Assembly: GCA_002355455.1 (NCBI GenBank)
Contig: AP017375.1
Location: forward strand, 3,811,640-3,835,639
DNA: 24,000 bases
Reading direction: 5' to 3'
Origin: Stanieria sp. NIES-3757
Lineage (GTDB): Bacteria; Cyanobacteriota; Cyanobacteriia; Cyanobacteriales; Xenococcaceae
The translations under genes were made by a program, and so were the position numbers. Shown one piece after another: positions 15,317 through 24,000 of the stretch. Under the pieces are notes generated by a model. It ran no database searches and was not told where the DNA came from. It saw nothing but the letters and a program-made list of their open reading frames with translations. Positions within the stretch are counted from its first letter, which is position 1. Each line of letters begins with the position of its first letter.

Positions 15317-16120
15317 TTATTTGCGAGCTTGGACAAAAAAAGTGGTTCTATCATACCAAATTCCTTGTTTTGTTCTTAATTTTTCAATTTCTAGACGATA
15401 TTCAGTCTTGAGTTTAGCTAACTGTTCAGTAGAAAGGTTGGCTAAAGGATTTCCTCTAGGATAAAAACCATTTCCACTCCAATCAACCCAAACATGATTT
15501 AAGGGTAAATATTCTCCTGATACTTCAATTTCCAGCTTAATATCTCGTAAACCTGCTTGTTGGAGCATCTTATGGCATTTTTCTGGACTCCCAAGTGGTT
15601 CATTAATATGAGGTAAAAAACTACCCAAAACGCTCTTGCATACTTTAATTTGAATTGCTGCTAAATAAGCAGTTTCAGCAGGACACGTAAAAGCCAAATA
15701 TCCTTGAGGTTTGAGCCATTGATGGCAATTGTATAAAGCTTGAGGCAGATTGGAAAGATAAGTAATAGCAGAACAACAAAAAATGACATCAAAACTTTCC
15801 TGCGCAAAGTTAATCAATTCGACATCAGCTTGAATTAATTCAAGATTTTTTAATCCCAAACCGATAATTTTTTGTCTAGCTTGTTGTAGCATCCCTGACG
15901 ATAAATCAACTCCAACTACTGAGCCTTCATCCCCTACTTGTTGTGCTGCTGCAATTGCAACTAAACCTGTTCCTGTAGCAAGATCGAGAATTTTTTGTCC
16001 TGGTTGAATGGGTACAGATTCAAGTAACCGTTTTGCTTCGCAAGGATGGCGTGTACCTTCGCGATCATAGTTAGTTCTACGGTCAAAAAAATCGATTACT
16101 TGCTGCTTGTATTTATTCAT
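15317..16120 (-). CDS. Class I SAM-dependent methyltransferase
   Basis: Motif I is ILDLATGTGLVAI, the post-I acidic residue is in VVGVDLS, and DVIFCCSAITYL is typical of the Methyltransf_11/25 type. Confidence 0.85.
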   Translation of the reverse strand: MNKYKQQVIDFFDRRTNYDREGTRHPCEAKRLLESVPIQPGQKILDLATGTGLVAIAAAQQVGDEGSVVGVDLSSGMLQQARQKIIGLGLKNLELIQADVELINFAQESFDVIFCCSAITYLSNLPQALYNCHQWLKPQGYLAFTCPAETAYLAAIQIKVCKSVLGSFLPHINEPLGSPEKCHKMLQQAGLRDIKLEIEVSGEYLPLNHVWVDWSGNGFYPRGNPLANLSTEQLAKLKTEYRLEIEKLRTKQGIWYDRTTFFVQARK

Positions 16121-16250
16121 TATTAAAACTTAAATCTTTTGTAAGCAAATTTAGATTAATTTGTCGCTTTAGCTACAATTTCGAGGACTAGATTTATTTC
16201 AAGCTAGAGTACAAATTCATAAATAAGATGATGAATCTGAGTTAATCACT

Positions 16251-16376
16251 GTAGAGGCGTTTTGCGCCTTTTTTACGCTGTCTTTAGACAGCAACATAGT
16301 AATAACTATAAAGACGCAACATATCACGTCTCTACTGATAACTCTTTGTACGGGCAAAGCACTGCCTTGCCACTAC
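16251..16376. repeat. Cluster of four short hairpin-forming palindromic repeats (cyanobacterial GTAGAG..CTCTAC / GTA.GGGCA..TGCC..TAC type)
   Basis: The four hairpins are 16251-16276 (GTAGAGGCGttttGCGCCTTTTTTAC), 16277-16292 (GCTGTCtttaGACAGC), 16309-16335 (TAAAGACGcaacatatcaCGTCTCTAC) and 16348-16376 (GTAcgGGCAAaGCAcTGCcTTGCCacTAC). Confidence 0.5.
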
Positions 16377-16411
16377 AGGATAACTGATAACTGAATAGAG
16401 GAGGATTGCTT

Positions 16412-17848
16412 TTGCAACTAGACGCATACGATCCAGAAGAATTTTATGATGAATTATTTGTCGCTCAAGGAAAACCGCGATCGCAAGCGGAATCTCTGAT
16501 CAAATTAATCCAAAAACTAGGAATTAAACAATTAGAACAACATCGGCAAACAGCCGAGATCGCTCTGTTTAAATTAGGAGTAACTTTTAACGTCTATAGT
16601 GATAATCAAGGCGTAGAAAGAATTTTTCCTTTTGATATTATTCCTCGCATTATCTCAGCCCAAGAATGGCAATGGCTAGAAAAAGGCTTAAAACAGAGAA
16701 TTAAAGCTCTTAATCTCTTTCTCGATGACATTTACAACGAGCAACTAATCCTCAAAGACGGTAAAATTCCTGCGGAAGTAATTCATACCGCTACTGGTTT
16801 TCTGAAACCTTGTCTTGGGATAAAACCACCTCAAGGAATTTGGTGTCATATTACTGGTACAGATTTAGTACGCGATCGCGATGGTAAATGGTATGTACTA
16901 GAAGATAATCTGCGAGTACCTTCAGGAGTTTCTTACGTCTTGGAAAATCGGCGAGTGATGAAAAGCACTTTTCCCGATATCTTCCACACCATGGCTGTTA
17001 AAGCGATCGATGATTATCCCAGTCATTTACTAGAAACTTTATTAAATTTAGCACCACCTCATTTACCCGAACCTACTGTAGTTGTTCTCACTCCTGGTAT
17101 CTACAATTCTGCCTATTACGAACATTCTTTTCTAGCACAACAAATGGGAGTAGAGTTAGTCGAAGGTAGAGACTTAGCCGTCGTCGATGGCTATTTACAG
17201 ATGCGAACTACTAAAGGATTGCGTCGAGTCGATGTCGTTTATCGTAGAGTAGATGATGGCTTTTTAGATCCTAAGGCTTTTCGTCCCGATTCCCGTTTAG
17301 GTGTTCCAGGATTAATGGAAGTATATCAGCAAGGAAAAGTAGCCTTAGCCAATGCACCAGGAACAGGAGTAGCAGACGATAAAGTAGTTTATGCTTATGT
17401 GCCTGAAATGATTCGCTACTATTTGGGCGAAGAACCCCTTTTATGTAATGTTCCCACCTATCTGTGTTGGCAAGAACAAGACCGAGAATACGTCCTCAAA
17501 AATCTAGATAAATTAGTAGTCAAAGCAGCCAACGAAGCTGGAGGTTACGGAATGTTAGTCGGGATTAAAGCTACACCAGCAGAAAGAGAAGAATTCGCTC
17601 AAAAAATTCTTGCCCAACCTCGTAATTATATTGCTCAACCAACCCTCAGTTTGTCGCGAGTACCTACTTTAATTGATGGTGAAATCGAAGGAAGACACGT
17701 AGATTTGCGTCCTTATATCCTCCATCGTGGTGATGAAGTTTATGTTCATCCAGGCGGACTTACCCGCGTTGCACTCAAAAAAGGCTCATTGGTAGTTAAT
17801 TCTTCTCAAGGAGGAGGAAGTAAGGATACTTGGGTTTTAACAGAATAA
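16412..17848 (+). CDS. Circularly permuted type-2 ATP-grasp protein (DUF404/DUF407 class)
   Basis: The sequence (M)[15 protein letters not shown]...[34 protein letters not shown]...[19 protein letters not shown] is characteristic of this family. The TTG at 16412 sits about 6-7 nt after the AGAGGAGGA Shine-Dalgarno, whereas the track's TTG at 16406 abuts it. Confidence 0.85.
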   Translation: MQLDAYDPEEFYDELFVAQGKPRSQAESLIKLIQKLGIKQLEQHRQTAEIALFKLGVTFNVYSDNQGVERIFPFDIIPRIISAQEWQWLEKGLKQRIKALNLFLDDIYNEQLILKDGKIPAEVIHTATGFLKPCLGIKPPQGIWCHITGTDLVRDRDGKWYVLEDNLRVPSGVSYVLENRRVMKSTFPDIFHTMAVKAIDDYPSHLLETLLNLAPPHLPEPTVVVLTPGIYNSAYYEHSFLAQQMGVELVEGRDLAVVDGYLQMRTTKGLRRVDVVYRRVDDGFLDPKAFRPDSRLGVPGLMEVYQQGKVALANAPGTGVADDKVVYAYVPEMIRYYLGEEPLLCNVPTYLCWQEQDREYVLKNLDKLVVKAANEAGGYGMLVGIKATPAEREEFAQKILAQPRNYIAQPTLSLSRVPTLIDGEIEGRHVDLRPYILHRGDEVYVHPGGLTRVALKKGSLVVNSSQGGGSKDTWVLTE

Positions 17849-17911
17849 AGCCAAGCAAACAGGGAAAGTATTGACAACAAAAACTTATAACCAATGACTA
17901 ACAAATAACGA

Positions 17912-18859
17912 ATGTTAAGTAGAGTAGCTGATTCAATTTACTGGTTAAACCGCTATATCGAGCGAGCCGAAAATGTTGCTCGTTTTGTCGATGTCAATCT
18001 CAATCTGATGTTAGATTTGCCTCCAGGAATGACCCAGCAATGGCAACCTCTGGTTTCAATTACAGGAGATGTAGAACTGTTTAAAGCACGTTATGGTGAA
18101 GCAAATGCCAAAAATGTGATTCAATTCCTAACTTTTGAAGAAGATTACCACAATTCGATTATTTCTTGCTTACAACGTGCTAGAGAAAATGCCCGTTCTA
18201 TTCGAGAAATCATTTCGTCAGAGATGTGGGAAGAAGTCAACTCTTTTTATTTAATGGTGAAAGAAGCCTCACCAGGAAAACCTTTTGATGCCCTGCCCTA
18301 TTTTTTTTATCAGGTAAAAATGGCTAGTCACCGTTTTGCTGGAGTCATGGATGCGACGATGACTCATAATGAGGGATGGCATTTTGGGCAGATGGGTAGA
18401 CTTTTAGAAAGAGCAGACAAAACTACTCGCATTCTCGATGTCAAATATTTTGTTTTATTACCTTCAGCGGAATGGGTAGGTACACCTTTAGATCAAATTC
18501 AATGGATCTCTCTACTTAAGTCTGCTAGTGCTTATGAGATGTATCGTAAATGCCAGCATCGCATTACTCCTACTTGTGTGGCTGAATTTTTAATTTTAAA
18601 TCGTCAGTTTCCTCGTTCGATTCACTTCTGTCTTTGGCAAGCTGAACAATGTCTGCATGAAATTACCAACACTCCTACAGGAACTTGGTGTAATGGTGCA
18701 GAAAGATCTCTTGGCAAATTATGCTCTCAATTAGGTTATTTAACTATAGAGGATGTAATTCAGACTGGTTTACATGAATTTCTCGATCAAATGCAAAGTT
18801 CGATTAATCAGGTAGGAAACGAAATTTATACAACTTTTTTTGCAGTGGATAATTGTTAG
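17912..18859 (+). CDS. Alpha-E domain protein (DUF403)
   Basis: MLSRVADSIYWLNRYIERAENVARFVDVN is the canonical alpha-E N-terminus. The protein is all-helical in character and is the usual downstream partner of the permuted ATP-grasp gene. Confidence 0.85.
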   Translation: MLSRVADSIYWLNRYIERAENVARFVDVNLNLMLDLPPGMTQQWQPLVSITGDVELFKARYGEANAKNVIQFLTFEEDYHNSIISCLQRARENARSIREIISSEMWEEVNSFYLMVKEASPGKPFDALPYFFYQVKMASHRFAGVMDATMTHNEGWHFGQMGRLLERADKTTRILDVKYFVLLPSAEWVGTPLDQIQWISLLKSASAYEMYRKCQHRITPTCVAEFLILNRQFPRSIHFCLWQAEQCLHEITNTPTGTWCNGAERSLGKLCSQLGYLTIEDVIQTGLHEFLDQMQSSINQVGNEIYTTFFAVDNC

Positions 18860-19281
18860 TTGAAATCTTTGGGATAACAATCAGTCTCAATTGAGATTAA
18901 TTTTTGTCTACCCATAATTATTTACGCTTAATTAGACGAATTCGAGCTAATACCATTTATCAATGGTAACAAGAGACTTAGTTAAAAATCAAAATTAAAA
19001 ATTAAAAAGCTAAAAGGCAAAACTAGCAAGACATTTGACAATAAATTTTAATAAGAAATAATTGGGCTATATATCTAGCTAGTTTCGAGAATTGGTATAA
19101 ACTACTGCGATCGCTTTGTTGAGACAATTTTAAAGTAAAGTTATCTTTTCTGTTTGATGGGTACGATTGAGTCAATAACTTACTTGGAGTATCCGAGAGT
19201 TAAACAGTTAAGGTAACAATAATTCGTCATCGACGATGACAAACAATTACTAACTGTACATTTGATGGACAAATTTTTAAA

Positions 19282-19353
19282 CTCCCCAGGTAGGATTTGA
19301 ACCTACGACCAATCGGTTAACAGCCGACCGCTCTGCCACTGAGCTACTGAGGA
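19282..19353 (-). tRNA. tRNA-Asn (anticodon GUU), CCA not encoded
   Basis: The minus strand reads TCCTCAG TA GCTC AGTGGCA GAGC G GTCGG CTGTTAA CCGAT TGGTC GTAGG TTCAAAT CCTAC CTGGGGA G. All four stems pair, with one G-U in the acceptor stem and one in the anticodon stem, and the anticodon loop is CT-GTT-AA. Confidence 0.93.
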
Positions 19354-19372
19354 ACGCTCATAACAGTTATTA

Positions 19373-19401
19373 ACTTTAGCGTAAAAAAAAATCTTTGGCA
19401 A
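19373..19401 (-). promoter_or_regulatory. Sigma70-type promoter candidate for tRNA-Asn
   Basis: On the minus strand, TTGCCA (19401-19396) is separated by 17 nt from TAAAGT (19378-19373). The -10 element ends about 20 nt upstream of the mature tRNA 5' end, which would leave a short leader for RNase P. Confidence 0.35.
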
Positions 19402-19494
19402 GAGTTTCCTCCAATTTTTTTTTCCGATTAAATCTAGCGATTAACTATCCCGAAGAGATATCTTAGGAATGATAAGTATTTTTATAATTTACTA

Positions 19495-19992
19495 ATGCTA
19501 GCGGATCACCATAAAAGGGTCTATTTATCTTTTATTTCGACGGATTTGCCTCTTTGGAATATTATTGAAGCTAACGCTTCGCTTTACCAAAAAGAGCGCG
19601 ATCGCTTTCATCTATTATTAAATCAAAAGAGTCTTTCTCCTTTACCGACTTTATTAACTAACTCAGAAAGTCATTCCCATGATGAGTGTCACGAAAGATT
19701 ACTTTGGTTAGAAATTTCGCCTTATCGAGTAATTTTAACCATGCAAAGTAAAGGCAAATTAAGCTATCGCCATTTTTGGGAACGAGGAGTATATGGGATT
19801 AGTCGTTATTGGTTAAATAATTTAAATAATGATTCGCCAGAAAATAAAGGTTCTTTACGGCTACGGAATTTTACTCGTTATCTTAAACTAGAAGGAACTC
19901 CTTCACCCACAAGTTTGCAAGTAGAATATGAATTGTGGTCAAGCAGATTGCAACTTGGTTCTTATGTTTTACATTTAGATATCGATCATTAA
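19495..19992 (+). CDS. Hypothetical protein (165 aa), soluble
   Basis: This is a clean ORF with no family motif that I recognise. Its codon usage looks similar to its neighbours. Confidence 0.5.
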   Translation: MLADHHKRVYLSFISTDLPLWNIIEANASLYQKERDRFHLLLNQKSLSPLPTLLTNSESHSHDECHERLLWLEISPYRVILTMQSKGKLSYRHFWERGVYGISRYWLNNLNNDSPENKGSLRLRNFTRYLKLEGTPSPTSLQVEYELWSSRLQLGSYVLHLDIDH

Positions 19993-20045
19993 AAAAATTT
20001 TGCTCGATTCTAGTTCCTAAGCGAAATTATTTAAGTTTTAAATTA

Positions 20046-20882
20046 TTAAAGAGCATAAATCGCCTCAATTAAACCCTGACAAACCTTAGTTAAAAAATCT
20101 AAATCTAAAGTTTTGATCGTATCACTAGGTTGATGATAATGAGGATTGCGTAAAAAAGCTGTATCTGTCACCATCATGGCAGCATAGCCTCGATCCCAAA
20201 ACGGACTATGATCGCTTAATCTAGTTTGAGGAACTAACTTACCTTGATTAAATACTGGTAACCATTCACAAGGAGTATGTTTACGAACACAACGGCTTAA
20301 ACGCATCAAATCGGGAATAGTGGTTAAATTGCCGACTAGAGTAATAAAATCACCTGTTGAGGGGTAAAAATATTTTAATCCTGGAGGATAATGTTGAGAA
20401 CCTTTATTGCGATCGCAGTAACCCAACATTTCTAAAGATAACATCAATCGCAAGGGTTGGTTTGCCTGTTTAAGAGTTTCGGCATAAGCTGTACTACCTA
20501 ATAAACCATATTCTTCCAAATCAAAAGCTACTAATCGAAGCGGATATTTAGCAGGTTTGGTGGCAAAAACAGAGGCTAATTCTAATAAAACAGCTACTCC
20601 TGTTCCATTATCATCTGCGCCAGGTGTTCCTGGTACAGCGTCATAGTGCGCTCCAATTAAAATAGGTGGTAAATTAGATTGGTTGGCTGACGAAAGATTA
20701 AGAATTAAATTTTCATAGCTTTTTGATCCGACTTGAAATTCATGAATTTCAACTTCTCCCCATTGAGATAGTTGCCGACGAATGTATTGTTTAACAAAAA
20801 AATGACCCCCCGAGGCGACATAAGGATCTCTTTCTCTAACAATTTCTAGCAAATGATCGTAAAGACGTTGTTGTAAATCCAT
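20046..20882 (-). CDS. M28 family zinc metallopeptidase (aminopeptidase)
   Basis: Motifs seen are GAHYDAV..PGADDNGTGVAVLLELA, FDLEEYGLLGS and a C-terminal HYHQPSDT. These match the M28 metal-ligand pattern. Confidence 0.87.
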   Translation of the reverse strand: MDLQQRLYDHLLEIVRERDPYVASGGHFFVKQYIRRQLSQWGEVEIHEFQVGSKSYENLILNLSSANQSNLPPILIGAHYDAVPGTPGADDNGTGVAVLLELASVFATKPAKYPLRLVAFDLEEYGLLGSTAYAETLKQANQPLRLMLSLEMLGYCDRNKGSQHYPPGLKYFYPSTGDFITLVGNLTTIPDLMRLSRCVRKHTPCEWLPVFNQGKLVPQTRLSDHSPFWDRGYAAMMVTDTAFLRNPHYHQPSDTIKTLDLDFLTKVCQGLIEAIYAL

Positions 20883-21191
20883 AAATCACATCAAGTCAGA
20901 GTCAAATTTAACTATTGGGATAATTAATAATAACTACTATATAAATCGTTATTTAGATTTAATCTTGATATTTATTTAAATAATTAGCCATACTGAATCA
21001 AAGTATGATTGATCATTGTCGCTTCACGTTAATCAAAACTACAAATTAAATCTTTGGTATTAACTTATTTTCAAGCGATCGCTATAAAATTTAAACTAAA
21101 TAATTCAATTTACATTCAGTAAACTGAACCAAATTAAAGAATCCAAACTAGTTTAAAAGAACTTAATTTCAGTCCAATTAAAATTTGTTAA

Positions 21192-21578
21192 TCATAATTG
21201 TGCGGGAGGCTCGATAGTTGAAGGCGATAAAGCAACAGCTTTAGCTTGCAAAATTTGAAAAACTTTTGCTTGATCGTCTGGAGTAATTACCGATTTAACT
21301 AACTCACCATCATCAATTACGATCGCTTTATTCTTAAACAAACGTTTAGGATCGAAAGAAGACCAATAAACCTTTGCAGCATTATTTCTTTCTCTTACAT
21401 TAGTTAGATTACCCCAGATTTGAGAAAGTCCAGACCAAATAGTTAATTTTTGCTCACTAATACTATTAATCTGACTATAAGGAATTATTTTATCGCCTCC
21501 TAAAGGGACATAATAATTTTTAATAGTAATGGCTTCCTCATCACAAATAATTTGTTTATCCTCATACAAAATAGTCAT
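21192..21578 (-). CDS. Hypothetical soluble protein (128 aa)
   Basis: The ORF is intact with no recognisable motif. It is possibly a small beta-rich (PH-like) fold, but that is a guess. Confidence 0.45.
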   Translation of the reverse strand: MTILYEDKQIICDEEAITIKNYYVPLGGDKIIPYSQINSISEQKLTIWSGLSQIWGNLTNVRERNNAAKVYWSSFDPKRLFKNKAIVIDDGELVKSVITPDDQAKVFQILQAKAVALSPSTIEPPAQL

Positions 21579-21692
21579 AAGAAACCAAAAGAATCTTTTA
21601 CTATTTCTATCGTTAAATAATTTTTCTTTTATTACCAGTATCTTTAGTTAGATTTTTGGATAATTATTTTTTTTTGAGTTTAATAAGTTAAG

Positions 21693-22568
21693 TTAAACCT
21701 CAATCACTGCATTGTCGGAACTAATTTGACAATCAGGACAAAAGTGAGCAGAACGACCATTTAATTTAATTTTTTCAATTTTATTTCCACAAATACGGCA
21801 GGGATAACCACCTCTTCCATAAACCCAGGCAGCATCGCCATAATTACCACTGACTCCTAACAAATTGAGAAAATCACTAAAAGTAGTTCCGCCTTTAGCT
21901 ATTGCTGCTTGTAAAACTTCGATAATAGCAACATAAAGATTTTTAATCTGTGTATCGGTTAAATTTGTTGCGATCGCAGTTGGTCTAATCCCACTTTTAA
22001 ACAAAGCCTCATCTGCATAAATATTACCAATTCCTGCTACTAATTCCTGGTCTAACAGCAAAGTCTTAATATTACGACGACTATGGCGTAATTTCTGACT
22101 AAAATAAGCCAAAGAAAAATCTTCTGCAAAAGGTTCTGGTCCTAATTTTTGTAAGCCTGTAATAATTTCTGCTGGTTGCAAAGCAGGTGGCACATACCAA
22201 AGTTTTCCAAAAGTGCGCGTATCGACAAAACGTAATTCTTGATGGTTGGGAAAAAACAGCCGAATGCGAGTATGTTTCTGTAAAGGTTCTGATTGTTTTA
22301 CCCACAACAATTGACCAGTCATACGCAGATGAACTCCTAGCCAACCTGCTGGTTGTGCAGAAGCAGATTGTAGTTGCGCTAGTAAATATTTACCTCGCCT
22401 TTCCCAACTGACAATTTTTTTATGAACTATTCCTTGTAAAAATTCTGTTCCAGAAAGAGGGTAGGCAAGCGTTCTAGACAATAACACCTTCCCACCCTCA
22501 ATTGTTTGTTCGAGGGTTAACTGATTAAGACCCTGACGTACTGTTTCTACTTCTGGTAGTTCCGGCAA
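21693..22568 (-). CDS. mutM: Formamidopyrimidine-DNA glycosylase (Fpg/MutM), TTG start
   Basis: The protein starts (M)PELPEVETVRQGL, with the catalytic Pro2 and Glu3. It has the H2TH region and the C-terminal zinc finger CRICGNKI...CPDCQ. No in-frame ATG lies upstream before a stop at 22623-22625. Confidence 0.93.
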   Translation of the reverse strand: MPELPEVETVRQGLNQLTLEQTIEGGKVLLSRTLAYPLSGTEFLQGIVHKKIVSWERRGKYLLAQLQSASAQPAGWLGVHLRMTGQLLWVKQSEPLQKHTRIRLFFPNHQELRFVDTRTFGKLWYVPPALQPAEIITGLQKLGPEPFAEDFSLAYFSQKLRHSRRNIKTLLLDQELVAGIGNIYADEALFKSGIRPTAIATNLTDTQIKNLYVAIIEVLQAAIAKGGTTFSDFLNLLGVSGNYGDAAWVYGRGGYPCRICGNKIEKIKLNGRSAHFCPDCQISSDNAVIEV

Positions 22569-22648
22569 GCTAAAAACTATCCTTTGGTTAAATACAACTA
22601 AAAATAGCCTATCAGTCTTACCCTAATTTTGTTTTCTTCAAGAAGAAT

Positions 22649-22861
22649 TTATTTAACTTCTTCTAGTTCGCTTTCTGCAAAGTTATTACTATTGACACCG
22701 GTAGAATTTCCGCTATAGCCGTTGTAGTTAACTTTATCAAAACGAACAATTACGGGATAGCGAATACCGCTTTGATCGATACTAGCCACAGTACCGCAAT
22801 CTTGATACCAAAAAGAATCCTTACGAAGAACTTTAACTTTAGATCCGCGTTTAATTGCCAT
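22649..22861 (-). CDS. psaE: Photosystem I reaction centre subunit IV
   Basis: [48 protein letters not shown]... is the unmistakable PsaE SH3-like sequence. Confidence 0.96.
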   Translation of the reverse strand: MAIKRGSKVKVLRKDSFWYQDCGTVASIDQSGIRYPVIVRFDKVNYNGYSGNSTGVNSNNFAESELEEVK

Positions 22862-22942
22862 ATTTTTTGTTTTGCTTTAAATGACTTTAAATATCAAAAT
22901 ACTATCGGATCGTCATCACCTTTTAGATATAGATTTTAAGTT

Positions 22943-23584
22943 TTATTGCGAATTTTGCCATTTTACACTGACAAAATGGGCTGGACGACCCAACTGGTCA
23001 GTGGTTTGAATAATTTCCTTAATTTTTAAATTAAACGGAATTGCTGTAGTCAAATACTTTTGTACTGACATACCAATTTCAGGGGCAATCCAGGCAGCAG
23101 TAGTAGTTGCAATTCCTAATCCAATTAGTTGTCCAATCGGTTCTCTGGGTAGCAATAAATAAGTGCTAAAAATCATGCCTGTGGTGATTAACATTGATAC
23201 TGAAACATTAGTACCACAGCGCGGATGAAGAGCTAAATCCCATTCACCTTTGAGTAATCGATTCAAAGCTATCTCAACCGCCCTTTTTAGATTCAAAGGA
23301 TGAATATCGCCGTAAAGATAAAAACCCTTTTCGGTTGATAGTCCGCCAATTTTTTCATTATCTCCCAAGACGTTATTGCCTGAAGCAGAAAAATTTTGTT
23401 CAAAATCGCTTAATACCCACACAGTAGCGTGTTCAAGAGCGTGTACTTGACGGATTAACAAAAATTCTTTTAAACCAGGAATAAAACCCAACTGTTGCAA
23501 TAATTCACTATCCTGCCCCGGATGAGGAGTAAAAAAATCAAAATTCCAAAAATTGCCATTCTCGGCAGAAGCTGCATTAGTCAT
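22943..23584 (-). CDS. Conserved-looking hypothetical membrane protein with HxxEH and HPRCGTN motifs
   Basis: The 213-aa protein carries VHALEH (nt 23429-23443), LHPRCGTN and two hydrophobic segments (VSVSMLITTGMIFSTYLLL and LIGLGIATTTAAWIAP). Confidence 0.6.
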   Translation of the reverse strand: MTNAASAENGNFWNFDFFTPHPGQDSELLQQLGFIPGLKEFLLIRQVHALEHATVWVLSDFEQNFSASGNNVLGDNEKIGGLSTEKGFYLYGDIHPLNLKRAVEIALNRLLKGEWDLALHPRCGTNVSVSMLITTGMIFSTYLLLPREPIGQLIGLGIATTTAAWIAPEIGMSVQKYLTTAIPFNLKIKEIIQTTDQLGRPAHFVSVKWQNSQ

Positions 23585-24000
23585 AGTTTTATAATCTTTG
23601 ATAGCAAACTATCCAGCTTGGAAGCACTGCTGACCGTTTTAATTGTGGTTGAGTGTCTTACAGTTTCAATTCTATTGTAATCCTACGGATTAGCTGCTAT
23701 GCCGAGATTTTGGAATTATCTTAAGTTTCCTAATTGCTAATAAATATTTTACTCAACTCAACAATTAAACCAACAACAACTCGACTTTTTTCGGAAAAGA
23801 TCTGCTTTTACCACCAAAAATGGACTAAGATATCTGGGATATGCAACGAGAATTTCTCGGAGCAAGATTATTAAACGTGGTACAGCCAGATTGGCATGGT
23901 TTTTTGGAAAAAATTGTTTAACAACACTGAAACCACTGCTAATTCAACAACTAGCAGATTCGAGGGTGAAGTGCTAAGTTCATCAGATATGGATGTTTCT

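Noticed and set aside
22099-22411. Track ORFs 22099-22344 (-) and 22187-22411 (+).
   Set aside because: Both lie inside mutM, one out of frame and one antisense. mutM is unambiguous.
23585-24000. Possible gene or ncRNA in the last 400 bp (short ORFs at 23841 and 23989).
   Set aside because: Only very short ORFs are present (26 codons, or cut off by the window end), and I recognised no structured RNA. The evidence is insufficient.
1-24000. Looked for CRISPR arrays, long tandem repeats, rRNA and prophage blocks.
   Set aside because: I found no regularly spaced direct repeats with spacers and no rRNA-like sequence. The only mobile DNA is the single IS and the small repeat units reported above.

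Overview
The window is chromosomal DNA from an AT-rich cyanobacterium. I base that on psaE, at least 18 perfect HIP1 octamers (GCGATCGC) counted by eye, Uma2 and DUF4278 genes, and GTAGAG..CTCTAC-type hairpin repeats. Most of it is housekeeping: lysC (5' part), pcrA/uvrD, purN, a sugar-type ABC permease, an NmrA/Ycf39-like SDR, a SAM methyltransferase, tRNA-Asn(GUU), an M28 peptidase, mutM and psaE. The accessory content is as follows. (1) An intact IS4-superfamily (IS701-like) insertion sequence with inverted repeats lies between lysC and a TPR lipoprotein gene that carries an in-frame TAA. (2) A short accessory stretch (3880-5044) holds a zinc-ribbon transposase relic, a Uma2 endonuclease and a DUF4278 gene that is missing from the ORF track. 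(3) A secreted parallel beta-helix lipoprotein is encoded at 7556-9037. (4) A circularly permuted ATP-grasp / alpha-E gene pair sits at 16406-18859. The best candidate for an undescribed system is the operon at 11457-14061, possibly extending to 14324. It encodes a four-TM MotA/ExbB-type proton-channel protein with a C-terminal coiled-coil tail of about 230 residues, then two mutually paralogous single-TM ExbD/TolR-like proteins whose reading frames overlap by 29 nt, then a small LapA-like membrane protein. No TonB, TolA, Pal or OmpA-type partner is encoded alongside. All family assignments come from reading the translations for motifs; no database search was run.
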